In this document: positions 7,751 through 11,275 of the stretch, piece after piece
How positions within the stretch are numbered: position 1 is the first letter of the stretch
Layout of the letters: every line of letters starts with the position of its first letter
Origin: Gemmatimonadales bacterium
Lineage (GTDB): Bacteria > Gemmatimonadota > Gemmatimonadetes > Gemmatimonadales > GWC2-71-9
Length of the DNA: 11,275 nt
Reading direction: 5' to 3'
NCBI GenBank assembly: GCA_038321865.1
Contig: JBBQFH010000056.1
Span: 1-11,275, forward strand
Program-made: the position numbers and the translations under genes
The notes under the pieces: model-generated
Databases searched by the model: none
Told to the model about the DNA's origin: nothing
Seen by the model: the letters and a program-made list of their open reading frames with translations, nothing else

Positions 7751-8161
7751 ATGTCGAGCCACAACCTGAGTGATGTCGCCACCGGGCAGCTCAAGGCCGT
7801 GATTCTGGTCGTTGAGGATGAGGAGCTGCTGCGAGTGATACTGTGCCGGGAGCTGATGAATGCGGGGTATGTCGCGGTGGAGGCACGCGACGGACGTGAC
7901 GCGCTGAGGGTGCTTCGGGGTGAGCGGCCCATCGACCTCGTGCTCACCGATATGATCATGCCCGTGATGGACGGCGCTGAACTGGCACTGGAGATCAAGC
8001 GGCGCTGGCCCGAACGCCGTGTGCTTGCGATGTCGGCGTATACCCCGACCGAGCTGTTCCGGTTCGGCATACCGCACATTGACGGGCCCTTTCTGCGGAA
8101 GCCCTTCACCGCGGAAGAGCTGATTGCGGCGGTGGGCGCCGCCCTGCCGGCCGCCGTCTAG
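7751..8161 (+). CDS. Single-domain response regulator (REC only), 136 aa
   Basis: ILVVEDE acidic pocket, phosphoacceptor in DLVLTDMIMP, MSAY, FLRKPF. GGAGGGAG RBS before ATG 7751. Confidence 0.93.
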   Translation: MSSHNLSDVATGQLKAVILVVEDEELLRVILCRELMNAGYVAVEARDGRDALRVLRGERPIDLVLTDMIMPVMDGAELALEIKRRWPERRVLAMSAYTPTELFRFGIPHIDGPFLRKPFTAEELIAAVGAALPAAV

Positions 8162-8538
8162 AAGGCCGGAGCGCGCTGCTGCCCGAGGCAGCGGCGAACC
8201 TCCTCGATCAGCGCCTGAGGAGCAAACGGCTTCGGAATCACGCCGCACGGCGCGGCGATTCCCCGCTCCGCGAGTTGCGCCGCGCCGTAGCCCGACATGA
8301 GCACCACCGGCAGGCCGGGGCACAGCGTCGACATGCGCTCCAGCAATTCGACCCCGGTGAGATGAGGCATGATGACATCGGTCACCACGAGGTCGAGACT
8401 GCTGAATTCGCGCTGGATCAGGTCATAGGCCTGCCGCCCGTCCGCCGCCTCCAGGACCCGGTGCCCTTCCTCCGTCAGAATACGCGAGGCAATCTGCCGG
8501 ACGAGCTGCTCGTCATCAACGACGAGTATCTGGGCCAT
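8158..8538 (-). CDS. Single-domain response regulator (REC only), 126 aa
   Basis: ILVVDDE, DLVVTDVIMP, LMSGY, IPKPF. AAGGGGGG upstream of the ATG. Confidence 0.93.
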   Translation of the reverse strand: MAQILVVDDEQLVRQIASRILTEEGHRVLEAADGRQAYDLIQREFSSLDLVVTDVIMPHLTGVELLERMSTLCPGLPVVLMSGYGAAQLAERGIAAPCGVIPKPFAPQALIEEVRRCLGQQRAPAF

Positions 8539-8641
8539 CTGAACCCCCCTTATGCTACATGAGACAGGAGATCACCGTACCGGTACCGCGGGGCCGAACC
8601 CCGGGCACGGCGCGCCGTTTCCGCGCCGGGCCCACGTATAC

Positions 8642-8681
8642 CTGAGCGGAGACACGAGCCGTGTCTCCGCCGTTCGCTCAG
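8642..8681 (-). terminator. Strong hairpin downstream of tRNA-Lys, probable terminator of the tRNA operon
   Basis: Perfect 11-bp inverted repeat GCGGAGACACG (8646-8656)/CGTGTCTCCGC (8660-8670), extendable via CTGA(GCG) 8642-8648 / (CGC)TCAG 8675-8681. No clear U-tract. Confidence 0.55.
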
Positions 8682-8705
8682 TCTGCTTCGTGATGTGCGT
8701 GAGAG

Positions 8706-8778
8706 TGCGCCGCGTAGGAATCGAACCTACAACCTAGTGATTAAGAGTCACTTGCTCTGCCAATTGAGCTAGCGGCGC
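8706..8778 (-). tRNA. tRNA-Lys(CTT)
   Basis: GCGCCGC acceptor stem, anticodon arm AGTGA-CT CTT AA-TCACT, T-arm GTAGG-TTCGATT-CCTAC, discriminator A. No encoded CCA. Confidence 0.97.
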
Positions 8779-8806
8779 GTGTTGGCCTGTCCCTGCTGTT
8801 CGACCA

Positions 8807-8878
8807 TAGCCCCAAGGGGAGTCGAACCCCTCTCTGGACCTTGAAAGGGTCCCGTCCTAACCGATAGACGATGGGGCC
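8807..8878 (-). tRNA. tRNA-Glu(TTC)
   Basis: GGCCCCA/TGGGGCT acceptor, anticodon arm GGACC-CT TTC AA-GGTCC, T-arm AGGGG-TTCGACT-CCCCT. No encoded CCA. Confidence 0.97.
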
Positions 8879-8890
8879 GAACCCGATCGA

Positions 8891-8963
8891 TAGCGCTAAC
8901 GGGATTCGAACCCGTGTTTGGGCCTTGAGAGGGCCCCGTCCTAGTCCCCTAGACGATAGCGCC
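8891..8963 (-). tRNA. tRNA-Glu(CTC)
   Basis: GGCGCTA/TAGCGCT acceptor, anticodon arm GGGCC-CT CTC AA-GGCCC, T-arm ACGGG-TTCGAAT-CCCGT. No encoded CCA. Confidence 0.97.
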
Positions 8964-8981
8964 GCGCGTGCCAAAGGAGCA

Positions 8982-9054
8982 CAGGCCCGGCAGGAATCGA
9001 ACCTGCAACCCCCGGTTTTGGAGACCGGTGCTCTACCAATTGAGCTACGGACCT
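8982..9054 (-). tRNA. tRNA-Trp(CCA)
   Basis: AGGTCCG/CGGGCCT acceptor, G73, anticodon arm CCGGT-CT CCA AA-ACCGG, T-arm GCAGG-TTCGATT-CCTGC. No encoded CCA. Confidence 0.97.
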
Positions 9055-9067
9055 TCAGTTCGACCAG

Positions 9068-9142
9068 GGTGGCTGACGGGGATTGAACCCGCAACCTCCG
9101 GTGCCACAGACCGGCGCTCTAACCAATTGAGCTACAACCACC
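9068..9142 (-). tRNA. tRNA-His(GTG) with encoded G-1:C73
   Basis: G-GTGGTTG/CAGCCAC-C acceptor, anticodon arm CCGGT-CT GTG GC-ACCGG, T-arm GCGGG-TTCAATC-CCCGT. No complete CCA. Confidence 0.97.
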
Positions 9143-9164
9143 ACGGGAGTCTCGGCTCCGTCGA

Positions 9165-9201
9165 GCGCGGGAAGATAGCGTTTTGCCGCCGGGTGGGTCA
9201 A
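9165..9201 (-). promoter_or_regulatory. Sigma70 promoter of the tRNA operon with GC-rich discriminator
   Basis: TTGACC (9201-9196)-N18-TATCTT (9177-9172), followed by CCCGCGC, as in stringently controlled stable-RNA promoters. The -35 overlaps the TGA stop of the upstream gene. Confidence 0.75.
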
Positions 9202-9836
9202 GGCCAAAACCGTGCCGCCACGCGGCCGGTGAGTGGGTGCTGCGCGACCGCGAAACCGTCGAAAGTCGCCACCGGAACGACCCCTCGCGCGGCGTTGGCG
9301 GCGAACAGTCCCCGCGCGGGCAGCTCGCCCGGCGTCGCGCGCGACGGCTCGACCTCGCCCATCATCTCCTCGAGCCGCCGCCGGGCAACGCTACGTAGAA
9401 TCCCGAACTCGATCGGCGGTCCACACAGACGGCCGTCCTTCCACCAGAACAGGGCCCAGACCGATGCCTCGGCCACCCAGCCCCCCGCCACCAGCATCAC
9501 ACCGTCGTCGGCCCCGGCGGCCCGGGCTTCGCGCTGGGCACGGTCGAATGGCTCACGTGCGGTCGTCTTGTACGGATAGGCGGAATGGCAGACCGAAGCG
9601 GTGACGAGCCGAAGCGGCTCCTCGGATCCGACCGGGCGTTGGCTGAGCTCGACCCCGCCCGAGCTCACCAGCAGACGGTGAACGCGATCCGGCGCACCTG
9701 ATGGCGTCGCGAGTTCCAGCGGCACCGGCACTCCGACGGCCAGACACGACTCGACCAGGCGGGCAAGATGAAGACCCCACAGCGGTGCCACGCCGTTCCG
9801 GACCCGGATCGTTTCAATCAGTGCCGGCGCCGGCAT
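9198..9836 (-). CDS. Aminotransferase class IV / 4-amino-4-deoxychorismate lyase (PabC)-like PLP enzyme, 212 aa
   Basis: Motifs LIETIRV, LHLARL..S, putative PLP Lys in YKTTAR, VAE, GILRSVARR, ANAARGVVPV. ATG lies 2 nt after the DMT stop. Confidence 0.85.
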   Translation of the reverse strand: MPAPALIETIRVRNGVAPLWGLHLARLVESCLAVGVPVPLELATPSGAPDRVHRLLVSSGGVELSQRPVGSEEPLRLVTASVCHSAYPYKTTAREPFDRAQREARAAGADDGVMLVAGGWVAEASVWALFWWKDGRLCGPPIEFGILRSVARRRLEEMMGEVEPSRATPGELPARGLFAANAARGVVPVATFDGFAVAQHPLTGRVAARFWP

Positions 9837-9838
9837 CG

Positions 9839-10714
9839 TCAGGCGGCCTGCGGCATGGCCCGGGCATACAGCCAGGTCCGCAGCGTGGTCGCGGAGAGGA
9901 TGACGAGGCCTCCCGCCAGGGCCCAGGCGCTCGGCCGCTCGCCGTGCACCAGCCAGGCGAACAGGGGATTGAGCGCGGGCTCGAGCAGGAGCAGGATTGA
10001 TGCTTCGATCGCCGTCACCCGCCGGATCGCCGTCGTGACCAGGATGTAGGCGATACCGATCTGGAAGATGCCGAGATACGCGATCACCACGACGTCCGCC
10101 CCATGCACCGCTGCAACCGGCAGCGCGAACGGCAGCGTGACCAGGCACGCGGTGATGTTGCCCGACACGACCGCTGCGACGGCCGAGCCTCCGGTCTCTC
10201 CGCTGCCGATCCAGCGCAATCCGCACACGGTCAGCGCCCAGGTCACTCCACTCAGCGCCGCCAGCAGATTTCCCCGCGCCGGATCAGGTGCGGTGATCAC
10301 GGGTGCGTCGTGCCCGGCGAGCACCAGGGCGAGACCCACTCCGACCGCCGCCATGACCAGGAGATCCTGGCGCCGCACCCGCTCCCGCAGCAGCAGCGGG
10401 CTCAGCACCACCATGTACAGCGGCGCCGTCGCCTGCAGAAAGATGGTATTTGCCGACGTGGTGAGCTTGTTGGCTGTGACGTAGAGAATGAGCGTCGCTG
10501 CGTAGGCGATTCCCACCAGCACCGCACGCCACGACCAGCCCCGCCGGGCATCGGACGAGAGCAGCAGCACCGCGATGGCGGCGATCCCGGAACGGAAGGA
10601 TGCCACCTGCCACCCGCTGAGCGACGTCGCCTTGATCGCGGCCCCGCCGGTGGAAAACAGCAGCGCGGCCAGGAGCAGCTTGAGGCGCGCGGCGGAGGCG
10701 GGAGTCGGCGACAT
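9839..10714 (-). CDS. EamA/DMT family transporter, 291 aa
   Basis: About 10 hydrophobic segments in two repeats. Motifs LLFSTGGAAIK, ASFRS, ANTIFLQATAPLY, YLGIFQIGIAY, EASILLLLEPALNPL, GERPS. Confidence 0.93.
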   Translation of the reverse strand: MSPTPASAARLKLLLAALLFSTGGAAIKATSLSGWQVASFRSGIAAIAVLLLSSDARRGWSWRAVLVGIAYAATLILYVTANKLTTSANTIFLQATAPLYMVVLSPLLLRERVRRQDLLVMAAVGVGLALVLAGHDAPVITAPDPARGNLLAALSGVTWALTVCGLRWIGSGETGGSAVAAVVSGNITACLVTLPFALPVAAVHGADVVVIAYLGIFQIGIAYILVTTAIRRVTAIEASILLLLEPALNPLFAWLVHGERPSAWALAGGLVILSATTLRTWLYARAMPQAA

Positions 10715-10748
10715 GGGCCGAAAGTAACCCCACGATAACCCGGCGGAC

Positions 10749-10783
10749 ACATTGACCGCACTGCACCAATCCGACGTCAATGT
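10749..10783. repeat. Perfect 8-bp inverted repeat ACATTGAC-N19-GTCAATGT in the divergent intergenic region (candidate operator)
   Basis: ACATTGAC at 10749-10756 and GTCAATGT at 10776-10783, plus a further GTCAA at 10782-10786. Confidence 0.55.
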
Positions 10784-10802
10784 CAAGCATCTTGTGCGCT
10801 AA

Positions 10803-10831
10803 TTGCGACAACAGCCGATTCGGCCTAGCTT
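10803..10831 (+). promoter_or_regulatory. Sigma70-type promoter for the HTH regulator
   Basis: TTGCGA (10803-10808)-N17-TAGCTT (10826-10831), followed by a strong RBS AGGAGGT (10841-10847). Confidence 0.6.
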
Positions 10832-10851
10832 CGCAGGGAGAGGAGGTGGGT

Positions 10852-11275
10852 ATGGCTGCCATCGCACTGACCGACCGGTTCTTCGCCAGCACGCGGGGCC
10901 GGATCGTAAGCCGGCTCCGCCGTGGCGAGGCCACCGTGGAGGAACTCGCCACGCACCTCGGCGTGACGGACAACGCGGTGCGGGCCCAGCTCGCGGCGCT
11001 CGAACGGGACGGACTGGTACGCCATGAGGGCGTGCGCCGGGGCATCGGCAAGCCGTCGCACCTGTATCGGCTGTCGGGTGAGGTCGAGGCGATGCTGTCG
11101 CGGCTCTACGCGCCGATGCTGGTTCAGCTGCTGGACGAGCTCAGCGAGCGCATGCCGCCGGAGGAGCTGCGCGACGTCATGGAGGGGGTGGGCCGCCGGC
11201 TCGCCGCGCTGCTGCCGTCCGCGCAGGGCGATCTGCACGCGCGCGTCGCCGCGGCGAGCGCCCTGCTCAACGCAT
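10852..11275 (+). CDS. ArsR-like winged-HTH transcriptional regulator (COG2345/SufR-like), 3' end beyond the window
   Basis: Not in the ORF track because it has no stop. My translation: MAAIALTDRFFASTRGRIVSRLRRGEATVEELATHLGVTDNAVRAQLAALERDGLVRHEGVRRGIGKPSHLYRLS... This fits the T..ELA..LG.T.NAVR..L..LE.DGLV.....GKP...Y.L signature. Confidence 0.9.
   Translation, partial: MAAIALTDRFFASTRGRIVSRLRRGEATVEELATHLGVTDNAVRAQLAALERDGLVRHEGVRRGIGKPSHLYRLSGEVEAMLSRLYAPMLVQLLDELSERMPPEELRDVMEGVGRRLAALLPSAQGDLHARVAAASALLNA

Noticed and set aside
5991..8705. Possible genomic island integrated at the tRNA-Lys 3' end
   Set aside because: I found no integrase and no duplicated tRNA 3' end (att site). The best match, CCGCGTAGG at 5311-5319, is 9 nt inside a CDS and probably chance. 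No obvious compositional break.
8706..9142. Repeated CAATTGAGCTA / TCGAACC segments resembling a repeat array or CRISPR, and the strong His/Trp tRNA similarity (same CCGGT/ACCGG anticodon stem)
   Set aside because: Explained by conserved D- and T-arms of adjacent tRNA genes. No constant repeat-spacer period and no cas genes.
8552..9579. ORFs 8552-8737, 8741-9094, 8871-9086 and 8968-9579
   Set aside because: Spurious translations across tRNA genes or antisense to the aminotransferase.
9837..10226. 342-aa version of the aminotransferase ORF starting at 10226
   Set aside because: The first 130 codons overlap the EamA gene out of frame. Family similarity begins only after ATG 9836.

Overview
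High-GC bacterial chromosomal window. Gene content and protein style suggest Gemmatimonadota, but this is inference only. It looks like mostly core genome. Left to right: a truncated Ig-like repeat lipoprotein (-), an outer-membrane beta-barrel (-), SURF1 (+), M19 dipeptidase (-), YkgJ-type Cys-cluster protein (-), PafA-like alkaline phosphatase (-), a second beta-barrel (-), a serine-hydrolase remnant (-), a SAM methyltransferase (-), two tail-to-tail stand-alone receiver proteins, a five-tRNA operon (His, Trp, Glu-CTC, Glu-TTC, Lys-CTT; - strand; sigma70 promoter; no encoded CCA), a class IV aminotransferase/PabC-like gene (-), an EamA/DMT transporter (-) and a truncated ArsR/SufR-like HTH regulator (+). 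I see no mobile element, CRISPR array or defence system, and I cannot support a clearly novel system. The best leads are a 9-nt trailer repeated in two tRNA spacers that is complementary to tRNA T-loops, a Cys-cluster gene coupled to the phosphatase, the orphan receiver pair with a structured upstream region, a scrambled gene remnant at 6620-6878, probable leaderless genes and a candidate operator inverted repeat.
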